64,000 nt of DNA from Pristiophorus japonicus (taxonomy: Eukaryota): positions 34,596,001-34,660,000 of the forward strand of contig NC_091999.1 of assembly GCF_044704955.1 (NCBI RefSeq). Reading direction: 5' to 3'. A program made the translations under genes and the position numbers. Shown in pieces: positions 1 through 13,190 of this stretch. How positions within the stretch are numbered: the stretch's first letter is position 1; each line of letters starts with the position of its first letter. Below the pieces are notes generated by a model. It made no database searches, had not been told where the DNA came from, and saw nothing but the letters and a program-made list of their open reading frames with translations.

Positions 1-264
1 CAGCCAATTTCATATCCATGCTGCCACTGTCCTCTTTATTCTACGTGGTTAAATTTTTCTGGCAAGGTTATTATTAAGGCACTTTATCAAACACCTTTTA
101 GAAGTCCACCACATCAACCTTATAAACTGAGACTGGATCTAGCGCAGTAAAAACTGCGATGGGGTCTGGTGTAATGAGAGAAATAATGCTAGATAATTAC
201 AGATTTATTAACCTCCTGCCAGGTACAGGTGCAGTTTCATTTTTACCATCATGGGCACTAATCA

Positions 265-765
265 TAGAAACATAGAAACATAGAAAATATGTGCAGGAGC
301 AGGCCATTCGGCCCTCCGAGCCTGCAGCACCATTCAATATGATCATGGCTGATCATACAACGTAAATACCCCATTCCTGTCTTCTCTGCAAGATCCCTTT
401 AGCTGTAAGGGCCAAATCTAACTCCCTTTTGAATATATCCAACGAACTGGACTCAACATTTTTCTGTGGTAGTGAATTCCATAGGTTCACATTTCTCTGG
501 GTGAAGAAGTTTCTCCTCATCTCTGTCCTAAATGGCTTACCCCTTATCCTTAGATTGTGAATCCTGGTTCTGGACTTCCTCAACATCGGGAACATTCTTC
601 CTACATCTAACCTGTCCAATCCCGTCAGATTTCATATGCTTCTATGAGATTCCCTCTCATTCTTCTAAATTCCAGTGGATATAAGGCTAGTCAATCCAAT
701 CTTTCTTCATATGTCAGTCCTGCCATCCCGCGAATCAGTCTGGTGAACTTTCGCTGCACTCCCTC
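265..765 (-). mobile_element. CR1-type LINE 3' fragment
   Basis: RRNFFTQRNVNLWNSLPQK motif of the ORF2 C-terminus; (CATAGAAA)n tail at the left end. Confidence 0.9.
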
Positions 766-1764
766 AAGGTGTATATCAGTGTTTTCTGGGTGATGCTGAG
801 GTGATCACTAGACGATAAAGCGCAGAGACTGGCGTCTGGCTGCTCATTATCCTCGGGGTGATTTAATCCCGTTTCACACTGAAACTGCGGACAGAAATGG
901 TCACCTGGTAACAGAATCGTCAGAGTGACATCATTTTCTAAATAAGAGCACGCAAGAGAATGGGTTATCAATAAATGTTAAAGCTATTAAACGACCTGTT
1001 ATTGCATTTTGAATAAAGTAGAATGCTGAAAAATATTGGCTGAAGCTAATCATTTATCTTTCTGGAATGCACATGTACACATTATGAATGTGAGCAAGTG
1101 TTTTGTACACACACAGATACATTCACACACACACACACACACATACATAAACACACAAACGCACATACACACAAACACGCATACACATATAGCAAACACT
1201 TTCTGTGTCCTCTTTTCAGTTGTTCATTTTACAATGTGAGAACATTATTCCGGTGGATATTAGGACCCTGCGGCCGCCCATCCGGCGGTGCTCTGAGCTC
1301 ACGGTTCCAGGCTCTGTCTTACATAATCAGTGGGCCACGTCACAGCTAAATAGAAAATACTGGACGAAAAACAATCCTTAACGTTAAAGAACTTGGAGAA
1401 ATAGGCACAGGACAACACAAGTGTGATTTAGTAACCTCAAACACACAGATTTTGCCAGTAGTTCAAAGTGCAGTGCACTATTGCTCACCTTCCGTCCTGT
1501 CCTTCAATCCCAGTCCATTACTGGAAGATTGTTACAAGATTCACCCCATCCTCTCAACATAAATATTACCGTCATAATACCAGATTAATTAAAGATTACA
1601 CACACGTGTTGATAGCTGTTAACAAATCTAAACCTATACTTCCAAACAAAAAAGTATTGCATCCTCACAGCCACACATATATACATCTTTATTTATATTA
1701 ATATCTTTCGATCTCTCATTATATCGTCTGCCTATGTAATAGACGCATGTGCAAGTGGAGAAAT

Positions 1765-2350
1765 AACTGAGGCAGGGTCTATGCTACAAGAAATAGATAC
1801 AGGATCCAGCGCACTAATAGTTTAGACAAGATCTAGTGTAATATGAAGAGAGACAGGCATTTATTATAATATATTTCAGCCATGGTCTATGGCAGGGATA
1901 ACTGAGACAGTGCCTAGTGTAATATAAACAGAGACATGGTGTAGTGTAATATAAACTGAGACAGGGTCCAGTATAATATACACAGGGACCGAGTATAGTG
2001 TAATATACACTGAGACAGGGATGAGTGTAATATAAATAGAGACAGGGTCTAGTGTAACATAAACAGAGACAGGGGCTAGTGTATTATAAACAGTGACTGG
2101 GTCTAGTGAAATATAAACAGAGACAGTGTCTAGTGTAATATAAAAAGTGACTGGGTCTAGTGTAATATAAGCAGAGACAGTGTGTAGTGTAATATAAACA
2201 GGGACAGGGTCTAATGTTATATAAACAGAGACAAGGTCTAGTGTAATATAAATAGAGACAGGGACGAATGTCAATTAAACAGAGACAGAGTCCAATGTAA
2301 TATGAACAGAGACTGGGTCTAGTGCAGTTATAACTGTGACAGGGTCCAGG
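1765..2350 (+). repeat. 27-bp satellite array (CTAGTGTAATATAAACAGAGACAGGGT)
   Basis: Tandem 27-nt period; translates on the minus strand as spurious DPVSVYITL repeats. Confidence 0.93.
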
Positions 2351-2429
2351 GCATCGATAAACAAGAGAGGGACTGCTGAGAAGATTAGTAAACTGACTAC
2401 AACACGGAGTTAATGGGGACATTCAAGTG

Positions 2430-3375
2430 GTTGTGTAAAAATAAATTTTGGGTGCTAAAACAAATTGAGAGGAAGACACTAAAAAATTCTGCAAGGAGAT
2501 ATAGACAGGCTAAGTGAGTGGACAAAACTTTGACAGATGAATTACAATGGTGAAAATCTCAGATTATCCACTTTGGCAGAATAAAAAAATAAAGCAAGTT
2601 ATAATTTAAATGGAGAAAAATTGCAAAGTGCTGCGGTACAGAGGGACCTGGTTGTACTTGTGCATGAAACACAAAATGTTACTATGCAGGTACAGCAAGT
2701 AATCAGGAAGGCAAATGGAATGTTGCCATTTATTGCAAAGGGGATGGAGTACAAAAGCGGAAAAGTCCTGCTACAACTCTACAGGGTATTGGTGAGGCCA
2801 CACCTGGAGTACTGCATAAAGTTTTGTTCTCCGGATTTAAGAAAGGTTATACTTGCATTGGCGACTTTTCAGAGAAGGTTCATTGGGTTGATTCCGGAGA
2901 AGAGGGGGTTGATGTATGAAGAAAAGTTGAGTAGTTTGGGCCTATATATGTTGGAGTTCAGAAGAATGTGAGATGATCTTATTGAAACATATAAGATAAT
3001 GAGGGGGCTCGAGAAAGTGGATGCAGAGAGGACATTTTCATTCACAGGGGAAACTAAAACTAGGAGGCTTAATCTCAGAATAAGAGCCTGCTATTTAAAA
3101 CTGATATGAGGAGGAATTTCTTCTTTCAGAGGGTTGTAAATCTGTGGAAGTCTCTGCAACAGAGAGCTGTGGAGGCTGGGTCATTGAATATATGTAAGGC
3201 AGAGATGGGCAGATTTTTGAGCGATAAGGGAATAAAGGGTTAGGGGGAGCGGGCAGGGCGTTAGAGCTGAGTCCATGATCAGACCAGCCATGAACTTATT
3301 AAATGGCAAAGCAGGCTCGAGGGGCCAAATGGCCTACTCCTGCTCCTATTTCATATATTCTTATGTTCTTGTGTT
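2430..3375 (+). mobile_element. CR1-type LINE 3' fragment
   Basis: LLQLYRVLVRPHLEYC motif, 3' UTR ending in a TTCTTATG-type tail. Confidence 0.9.
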
Positions 3376-4529
3376 CTAAGGTCTTCGCGTGATATAAAAA
3401 AATGCCGTGACCAGTGCAATAATAGCTGCGGCAGGAACTAGTGTTTTATAAACCGAGACGGGTCTTAGTGTAATATGAACCGAGACATGATGTCGATATA
3501 AAATCACAGAATGGAAGAATGATACAGCACATAACGTGCACATTAAGCCCTCTGGTGCCTGTGCCTGCACTGAGTTGAAACAGCTAACCAATTGGTCCCA
3601 CTATCCCTGCTATTTCCCAATAACCCTGCATTATTTCCAATTCAATTATTAACCCAATTCACTTTTGAAATTTATTACTGGAACTGCTTCCAGCACCCTG
3701 TCAGATAGTGTATTCCAGATCATAACAGCTAGTTGTGTATTTCTTTTTCCTCATTTCGCCTCGGGCTCTTTTGCCAAGTTCCTTAAATGTGTGTCATATG
3801 GTGACAGACTCATCAGCCACTGGAAAATTATCTTCTTATTTAAAGTGTCAGAACCATTCGCGGTCTTGAGCATGTTTGTAAAAGCTCCTTTTAACCTTCT
3901 CTGCACTAATGACAACAATCTCAATGCCCCGCGTGTCTTCACTTAATTGAAGTCTTTTATCCAAGGTACCATTCTAGTCAATTCCCCAAGCACACTTTCC
4001 AAAGCCGTTCAATCTTTCCTAAATGTGGCGCTCAGAATTAAACACAATACTCCAGCTGGAGTATAACCAATGTTTTACAGATGCTTAACAATAAGTTCCT
4101 CGCATTTGAACCCTACATCTCTATTTATGAAAACTAAAGATAGTGTATACCTTTTGCATTCCAGATCAGAACCACTTGTTACATTAAAACATCTCCACAT
4201 CTCCCTTTTGTTTTTTTTTTGCAAATGATCTTAAATATGTATCCTCTGGTTACCGACAATCTCAGTGTAAACATTATCTCACTTTTAACCGTATCAAATC
4301 CCTTCATAAAAGGAAGGCTATGACAGGCAGAGGCATTACTTTCTGATTGCTGCCAGAGATTGATTGGTAGATTTTGGTTCGGTTAGGAGATTACGGGCGA
4401 CGGAACCAAAGCTGGTCGATGGAGTTAAGATGCCGATCATCCGTCATCTAATTGAATAGAGGCATGATATAGTTCAGTACGAATTGAGAAAGCGTATCGT
4501 GTAATTTAAACAGAAGACTGATCGAATCC

Positions 4530-5502
4530 ATTAATAACAGAGACAAGACCTAGAGCAATATAAAGAGGAGACGTCGTCTAGTGTAGTAATAACTGCAACA
4601 GTGCCTAGTGTAATATAAATAGAGACATGGTATAGATTGTAATAACGGAGAGTGCCCAGTGTATTATAAACATAGACATTGCTTAGTGCTTTATAACTGA
4701 AGCAATGTTTCGTGTAATATGAGAGATACATACCAGAGGGCAGCAATAAATGAGACAGTATTTAATATAAGACTATATGAAAAGGTGCACGGTCCAGTGC
4801 AGTAATAATTGAGACAACGCTGAGTGAAATCTAATCACAGGCATGGTCTAGTGCAGTGATAACTGAGACAGGGCCTAGTGTAATATAGAGAGAGACGTGT
4901 TCTCATGCAGTATAACAGAGGGAGCATTGTGTAATATAAACAGAGACATGGCTTAGTGCAGTAATAACTGAGGCATGGCCCAGTGTAATATGAACAGATG
5001 CAGGGCCCAGTGTACTATAACTAGTCACCGGATCTAGTGCAATAATAAATGAGGCAGGGCATTGTGCAATATTAACATAAACAGACTCTAGTACAGTACT
5101 AACGGAGAGAGAACCTAATGTAATATGCCACCGACATGGTCTAGTGCAGTAATAACTGAGACAGAGTCCAGTGTAATATAAATTGAGACATTGTCTGATG
5201 TAATATAAAAAGAAAAAGGCTATTGTGTAATATAAGCAGAGACATTGTCTCGTGTAATATAAACAGTGACACTGTCTTGTGTAATATAAACAGGGAAAGA
5301 GTCAAGTGTAATATAAACTGAGACATTGGCTAGTGTACTATAAAGAGGGACATTGTCAAGTGTAATATTAACGGAGACATTGGCTCGTGTAATTTAAACA
5401 GCGACATTGTCTAGTGTAATATAAACAGTGACACTGTCTAGTGTAATATAAACAGGGGAAGAGTCTAGTGTAATATAAAATGAGACATTGTCTAGTGTAA
5501 TA
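4530..5502 (+). repeat. 27-bp satellite array
   Basis: Same unit; interrupted at 5503 by the ERV LTR. Confidence 0.92.
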
Positions 5503-6000
5503 TGTTGTGGAAATTTTTTCTGAGACTGCATAATATATATAAAGAGAGGTTTATTAAATTGGAGTCAAAGCTTTGGGAGAAGTGTAAAAGACCCCTGTCT
5601 TTGAACCATCTTCTCAAATTGGTATCGGCAGTGAAGTTCTTTTATCTTACAAATTACGTCACTTTACAACAAATGCTTTAGCACTACAAAGCTTTGACTA
5701 TCGAAGGCTAAGCTTTTGATATAACCCATCCTGCATTGTGACAGGGCAGTATAAACAAGTGCAGGCTTTTGACACCGGTATAAACAAACATATCCAGCAC
5801 TTAACTCTCCAGTGTTCATTATCTCACTTTCCTATCTGCATTAACTCAAGGCCAGCATACCTTAAAGTCTAACTGTTTTTAATTATATCGAGCATAATGC
5901 ATCAGTATTGTCCCTTACAAAATTCATTTGAAGGGGAAAATAAAACAAATGTTTGAACCCGTATACTAGTCCAGTATATGTCCAAAAATCCGCTCCTACA
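5503..6000 (-). repeat. 3' LTR of the class I ERV
   Basis: TG...CA termini (TGTTG at 5503, CTACA ending 6000), adjacent minus-strand polypurine tract at 6001-6014, minus-strand AATAAA near 5550. Confidence 0.8.
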
Positions 6001-6149
6001 ATGTTCCCCCTTTTGGTCCTGGATGATGTTTACGAAATCCAGATGACCACAATGATAGTAGCATATATTCGTCCTTTGGGGTATGTTACTTCCCTGATGA
6101 TCTGTATGTCCACCTTGCCTGTAGCTCTAGGCTACCCTTCAAAGATAGT

Positions 6150-7460
6150 GGTCGGTGTCATTGTCGTCTGTTTCTTCATTCTTGGTGTCTTCAGGTATTT
6201 CCATCAGATGTGCTTATTCTTCAGCGATTACACTGGCTACTGGCATCAGTCGAGCCATCATAACTTTACAGCAGATATTAAAACACCCGATAATCCGACA
6301 GCAAGTAATTATTATTACAACCAGAATAATTACTCCATGCATAAGATAGGACTCCCAGGATCCCCCTAACAGCCAGTCAAACCAGCCAGATCCTCCTGCT
6401 GTTATGTATAACTTCTTTACCTCCCTTCTTATATGATCAGCGAGGTTGGTTATGTTTTCTGAATTATCAGGAATGTAAGTGCAACATTCAGCTCCAATTA
6501 AGGCACATTGTGCATATGGCTACCATTTCAGCCGTTATGCCCTCCATTGCTTCAGCAGTGCCGTTAACTATCTGTTCCAGTACCCTCTCTAGGTTATGTA
6601 ATTCATCCATGGTGCGTCCTATCCCGAATGGGAGCATCATGACCCCAAATAGCCTCCATACCGCGGTAAGATCTCGTCTTAGTCGACCTGGTGTCTGTAC
6701 TTCTGCTAAAGTACGTACCCGTCTGACAAAGGTGACCACATATCCCAAATAACAAGACCCCCTCCAGTTCTGAGGCAACCAGGTGTAGGCCTTATGCCCG
6801 CACACAAAATAAGTGCCATTGTATGCTGTTAGATTCGATCCCAATCTCTCTCTCAGCCCCCGTCGCCACCTAATCTTAGGGTCCCAGTCCTGGCTACGTG
6901 TATGATTCTTCAAGCCCTCTATTTCGAAGAAGCCCTGGTTTGTTGTTTCGCTGTCTGTTATGTTCCATCTGGTGAGGTTAAAGTATATCCTGCTACAAAA
7001 CCTGTTTCCTCACCGGTCAGGTCTCTAGTGAAACAAATGTCAGCGGTGGGCCTTCCAACTTCTGAGGTGTTGGTCAAAAACAGGAACGGGGTTCGTACCG
7101 ACCTATTATATTCCGGCTGGTACCATCTGTCAATGCATCCAAAAGGTAACCCCCCGATCTCCACGTTTCTTTATTCCCACTGTGGTTCCAAGTATCATTT
7201 ACTTCCCCTGTACCGTTTTGTCGCATTACCCACTCTGCTACTTCTGAAATGTTAAGGGAGATTGACCTCAAAGGGATGCCTCCTTTGCTATGTATGGGGA
7301 TGTGCGAACATACCCAGCAACTAGAAAAGTTCTCATTTTGTGCATAAACATAAGACATGTACAAAAAGGTATTCACAAATAACTCTCGTTTCGGTCTAGC
7401 TAGCAGGCCGGACCTAACACAAACTATGATAATCGCACCGATCCCAATATATAGTTTCAT
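6150..7460 (-). pseudogene. env: Retroviral env (gamma-type), frameshifted
   Basis: Signal peptide MKLYIGIGAIIIVC, SSCWVCSHIP, PGRLRR|DLTAVWRLFG fusion peptide, CALIGAECCTYIPDNS; split across several frames. Confidence 0.88.
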
Positions 7461-10400
7461 CTTATTACTCTATAATTAACAAATAGTCAAAGGTAAAATG
7501 GCCATATGGCTTGCTTGAAGAATCTCTCGCTGTCAATCTGTAAATAGACAAACAACAACATCTAATACGTGTGCTAAACGGCTGGTTCAAAAACCTTAAG
7601 CTGGGTCCGATGCTTCCATTGTCCGTTCCCTTTAACATCGATGCAGGCACAAGTGTCCCTGCTGATTATAACCTCATATAGTCCTATCCATTTTTGAGGC
7701 AAACCCCGGTTTTTCCCGGGCGGACCCTTACCATAATGCGACTTCCTGCCTACGGGACTTTAGGGAGCTTTGTAAGCTCTGCTTCCGCATCTCTTTCTTC
7801 CTGATTGTCCCGAACTAATTTATGCATCCCTTTTAATTGAGTACTTAGTTCCAAAACATACCGTTTTATTTTGACTTTTAATGGGCCTACATCGGCCCAC
7901 CCTGTTATGATGTTCTCTGGTAATTGCATCGCCCTTCCTGTCATTAGTTCATAAGGGGTTAATGCGGTTGTGCGGTTTGTCGTGGCTCTTAACTTCATCA
8001 ATATAATGGGTAATACTTCTGTCCACGTTTTTCCTGACGTTTGCATGGCCTTTGCCAGGGCGTTCTTAAGGGTATGGTTCATGCGCTCTACCATCCCAGA
8101 ACTCTGCGGGTGGTAGGGGATGTGGAATTTTTGTTTTATGCCCATCAGCTGGCATATTGTTTTTACAATTTTTCCGGTGAAATGAGTGCCTTGGTCGGAA
8201 TCTATTTGAAGAGGCACTCCCCATCGGGGAATCACCTGCGCGGTCAATATACTTACTACTGTGAGGTAGTGCAATCATGTGTGGGGAAAGCTTCTACCCA
8301 CCGGGTAAATTGATCTATATTCACTAGGCAATATCGTTTTCCATGGGATGGGGGCAAAGGACCTGTGAAATCAATTTGTATGTGTTCCCATGGCCCCCGT
8401 GGACGGGGCTTGTGTCCCATTTTAATTTTAATGGGCCGGCCTGGATCATATTGTGCGCACGTAACGCATCGATGGCAATGTTTGGTGATATCTCTCCCCA
8501 TCCCTTTCCACCACCAATCTCTTCCAAGACTCTCGGTCATGGCCTCTCATCCTGAATGAGACAGGCCATGATGCAACTCCAATAAGGTATGTCGTTCAGG
8601 CGCCATTACCTTGTCGTTTCGTTTCCAAACGTTATCCTTCCCTTGCGTTGCGCCCTGCTTTGTCCACATACCTATTTCCTCCTCAGAAGTGTCCTGGTGT
8701 AGTTTCTCAATACTTATCTCTTCGTCTTGGGCCCCAGTGGCACTGACTTAATTTTAATAATTTAAAATCATTATCAATGGAGAGTGTTTTTTACCTCTTC
8801 AAATTCTTTTTTTTTCTATTAAACCAATATCTTTTTCACAGCTGATATCAACTGGTATTTAGTAAGTTATGTCTTTATCCATCGCAAACACCCCTTCTCC
8901 CCCATGCTTTCATATAATCGTGTACTACCCCGAATGCATATCTACTGTCCGTATAGATATTAACATTCATATGTTCCGATAATTCCAGTGCCCGGGTGAG
9001 GGCTACCAGTTTTGCCACTTGAACTGACGACCCCCCATTAATTCGCCCTGATTCAACTGTCTCTAGATCCTGGTTAACTATGGCCCATCCGGTACGAGGT
9101 AGTCCCTCTACGTATTTTCGTGAGCCGTCCACAAACAAGGTTTGTTCTGCGGTTTGAAGGGGGGCGTCTTTTATTCTATCCTCTTCCATATCCTCACATA
9201 CCTCTTCGCAAAAGTGGGGTTCCCCTTCACCCATCATACCTTCTGTGGGGTTGTTTCCTACATCACTAATTATAGTTACCGCTTTGTTGGCTGTTAAGAG
9301 GACTGCTTCCCACTTTGCCCGTCTCATATTAGATACGGTTCTTAGTTTTCCTGTGTTTAACATTTCTACCAATGTGTGTTTAGTGTGGAGAATGATGTTT
9401 CCAGTCATCACCACAGGCTCGCTTAATTTTTACCGCCCAAGCTGCGCAATCTAGCGCGGCTATACATCTGGATAACCCAGTCACCACCGGGCTTTCGGTG
9501 GTAGAGTAATAGGCTATAGGTCTCCATTTATCAGGGATAAAGTTCCGGCTGTAATTAAAGAGGCCCAGTACCTTCCTCACCCCCCTTACCGTTACTGGTC
9601 TAGGCATGTCCTTGACAGCCTTTTTCCTATCCGAGGGCGTGTCTTTTAGCCCCTTGAGAGGCAGTACCCTAGGTACAGGACCTGGGATTTCCCTACCTGG
9701 GCCTTTTTGGGGAGTTAGTGGTGCTAACTCTTTCTTTTAAGATACCCTTTTCCACCAGCCCTTTTACTATTTCTACAACCGCTGTTCCAGCTTCAGGTCT
9801 TATAGGGTATTGTGGCAAGTCCCCCTTTTCTGCCCTCCTCCTGTTCCCGTCGCAGAGACCTTTTCCTGCTTTATCTTTTTCTTTTCTAAACTGCTAAAGC
9901 TTACTGTTTTAGCCTTTTTCAAAAGTCCCTTTTACACCTTCACAGATAGCTCACCACTCGCCCAGGGGTTTGACCTGATCCCTGAAGTATTTCTAAATTT
10001 GAAACTCTTTTTTTTTTTCCTGAGCTAGAAGCTTTCATGTCAAGGTTTTACACAAAGGAAAATGGGAGCGTTTTGAAAGGCATTCTTTATCTCATTCCTA
10101 GACTCAATTTATGTCTTTCAACCCAATTGCATGTTTTCTTTCGACAAGTAATTGAGCGTGTCAAACTTTTTTTTTCTTTACTACCGGGACCATGTATTTT
10201 TATCTTTTACTCAACAAACCTATCCTTTGTGCATTTCCTAGCTCCGTAACTTATATCCACAACTTCGTTTCCAACTTAAAATGTAATACCATAAGGTTCA
10301 CAGTTTCTTAAACTTCCCACATACAGGACAAAACTACGAAGGGTTAAAAAAAAACATTTCACTCTGTTTGGAAAGAGTGGGTGGAGCTAAAACAGGCAGG

Positions 10401-10478
10401 CAACTCCACACCTTCTTAAAACAGGCTTTCATTCATTCCACAGTCAAAATTACTCGAGTACTCTCTTCATTCAAAATA

Positions 10479-11085
10479 GACAGGGACATTGTCAAGTGTA
10501 ATATTAACGGAGACATTGGCTAGTGTAATGTAAACAGCGACATTGTCTAATGTAATATAAACAGAGACATTGTATAGTGCAATATAAACTGAGACATTGT
10601 CTAGTGTAATGTAAACAGAGACATTGTCTAGTGCAATATAAACAGAGACAGGGTCTAGTGTAATTTAAACAGAGACAGGGTCTAGTGAAATATAAACAGA
10701 GACAGGGTCTAGTGTAATATAAAGAGAGACAAGGTCGATTGCAGCAAAAACCAAGACATATCCTACTGTACTTTAAACAGAGACATTGTCTAGATCAGTA
10801 TAACTGAAGCAGGATGCCGCTTTCAAATTTATTAGTGTACTCAAGCTAGCCTCAGTTTATATTATACTCGACCATATCCATGTTTATATTACACATGACC
10901 CATTCTCAGTTATTCCTGCACCAGAACATATTTTATTTAAATTATATCTTAGCATATTTTTGTTTATGTTACATAAGTACCTATATAACTTATTACTGAA
11001 ACAGATCTTTTCTCTGTTTACATAACTCAGGACCTGATTTATATTACACTCGGCCCTGTCTGAGTTATACACACTGTCTCTGTTT
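10479..11085. repeat. 27-bp satellite: forward array 10479-10810, degenerate inverted array ~10850-11085
   Basis: Same unit in both orientations. Confidence 0.85.
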
Positions 11086-12049
11086 AAGAACAAAAGAAAA
11101 TAACAATTCGGAGCAAGAGTAGGCTATTCGGCCCCTCAAGCCTGCTCCACATTTTAATAAGAACATGGCTGGTCTCTGACCTCAACTCCACGTTAACTGA
11201 AGTATCACATGCCTGCCACTAATCTACTAAATCTCCTCTTCACCTTTTCTACTCGAAGAACAAACCATCTTCTCCGGTTTCTCCACATTAACTGAATTCC
11301 CTCATCTAGGTACCAATCTACTAAATCTTCTTTTAACCTTCTCTGCTCGAAGGGGAGCAACCCCAGCTTCCCAAGTCTCTCCACATAATTGTAACCCCCA
11401 TACCTGATGCGTTTCCAGTAAATTTATTCTGCATCCTCTGGAAAGACTTCACGTCCTTCCTATAGTGTGGTGCCCAGAATTGGACAAAATACTCCAGCTG
11501 GGCAGAACTAGTGTATCTCATCATTCATCCCTGGTACTAATCTGGTAAATCTCCCCTCAGCCTTCTCTGCTGTAAGGAGAACAGCCCCAGCTTCTCCAAC
11601 TCTGTCCGCGCAGCGAGAGCTTACGTCCTACTGTCCCGTACACACATTGACAGCGAGCTCCATGCGGGCACTGCCCTGTCCACAACAGCGAGAAAGGGAA
11701 GGAAAAAACAGCAGCTGAAAGTCGACAATGACTTAAAACAATTTTTAAAATTGTTCCGCTTACTTTTTTTTATAAACAGGAAAAATATCCTGACTGTGCC
11801 AACTAGAATTTCTGCCCTGTGACAGTTCACCAACCAACTCCCTCTCTGGAAAGGTCAACATTTTAATTCTTGTCAGCTTTTTTAGGTGGGGGTGGGGAGG
11901 TTAAATATATATATATATAATTGCCATTGCTCCCTCTCTCATTTTTAATATATATGAAAGCCCGGTGAAGGAATTGGCTGCAGAAAATTCCAGCTGAGGA
12001 ATCCTCATCAATGGAATCAGAAATACTGCAAAGGGGAAAAAAGACAGGT

Positions 12050-12362
12050 TTGGGCTGACAGAGGGAGGGAGGGAGTTAGGAAAGGAACAAGGGATGAATG
12101 GAGAGTTGGAGTGGTGGCGGGATGGACGGAGGTAGGAATGGGTGCACGAGGGAGCGATGGAGGGAGGGAGGAGTGGAGCAAGGGAGATGTAGTATATTGG
12201 ACGGGTGGAGTCCGGCTGGAGGGAGGGAGAGGTGGGTCCAGGGAGGGAGCGATTGATGGAGGCAGGTATGGCGGGCGGGAGGGATAGAGAGAGGGAGGGA
12301 TGAAGGGATGGAGGGAAGGAGAGATGGGTGGAGGATGGGAGGGATGGTCGGAGGGAATGATG
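12050..12362. repeat. Purine-rich (GGAG/GGAT) low-complexity tract
   Basis: Base composition. Confidence 0.85.
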
Positions 12363-12734
12363 GTGTATCTTCCAATTTACCCGATCAAAACTTTCCATGA
12401 TTTTGAACACCTCTATTAAGTGGCCCAGAACTTGCTCGGCTCTAAGGAGAACAGATCCAGCTTCCAGCTGCTCCGATGCTGCAGCTCACACAATGTAAAT
12501 CTCAAGTTCCATGAGTCCTTGTGCCTCGAGCACTTCCAGATGCTCGCTGCGGAATCACTGACACTTGTTTACAGACCCAGTGTAAATACCAGTGTGGTAA
12601 TGACATCTCAGGCAAGATAAGAGAACTCGCGCCTGATGATAAACGGAGCGGTGTAAGACTGGGCTCAGACCTTGAACCTCAGACATGATGAGCTGAATGG
12701 CAGCATTTTAAAATACAAGCTGTGATATGTTCAA

Positions 12735-13190
12735 GCCTCGGCTCAGCGGGATCACTCTCGCCTCTGACTCAGAAGGACACAGATAATAAACCCCGCTCGA
12801 GACATCTGAGCCCATAATCTAAACCGACACGCCTGATGTCAGTACTGTGGGAGTGCTGAATGATCAGAGGTACTGTCTTTTGGGGCATATATTAAACTGA
12901 GGCCCCGTCTTCCCGCTCAGGTGGATTTAAAGGACTCATGGCACTATCTTAAAGAGCAGAGCAGTTCACCAGGGTTTCCAGCATAAAAATGTATCCCTCA
13001 ACCAACATCTGAAAAATTGATTATCTTATAATTTTTCCATTGCTGTTTATGCGATCTTGCTGTGCACAAATTGGCTGCCACGTTTCCTACATTACAACGG
13101 TGACCACACTTCCGAAATAATTCATTGGCTGTAAAGCACTTTGGGACAACTTGTGGTCATTAAAGGTGCTATATAAATGTAAGGTGTTTT
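12735..13190 (+). mobile_element. tRNA-derived shark SINE (related copies at ~35570-35990 -, ~58620-58870 +, ~60970-61400 +)
   Basis: GGCTCAG A-box-like head, shared body ..GGCTGTAAAGCACTTTGG..GCTATATAAATG; several mutually similar copies in the window. Confidence 0.7.

Larger units (their letters stand above)
5503..10478 (-). mobile_element. Class I (gamma/epsilon-like) endogenous retrovirus, 5'-truncated and internally deleted: pol remnants, env, 3' LTR
   Basis: RT/connection (VRKVLGLFNYSR), RNase H (LFVDGS...NIYTDSRYAFG) and integrase (QIDFTGP, IDSDQGTHF, PYHPQSSGMVER) fragments. Env has CWVC, RLRR furin site and CX6CC. PPT AAAAGGGGGAACAT lies directly before the LTR. Confidence 0.92.

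Noticed and set aside
1370-1440. KTILNVKELGEIGTGQHKC as a decayed Ig V-domain E/F strand
   Set aside because: Only superficial resemblance; no upstream Cys/Trp framework, splice sites or RSS.
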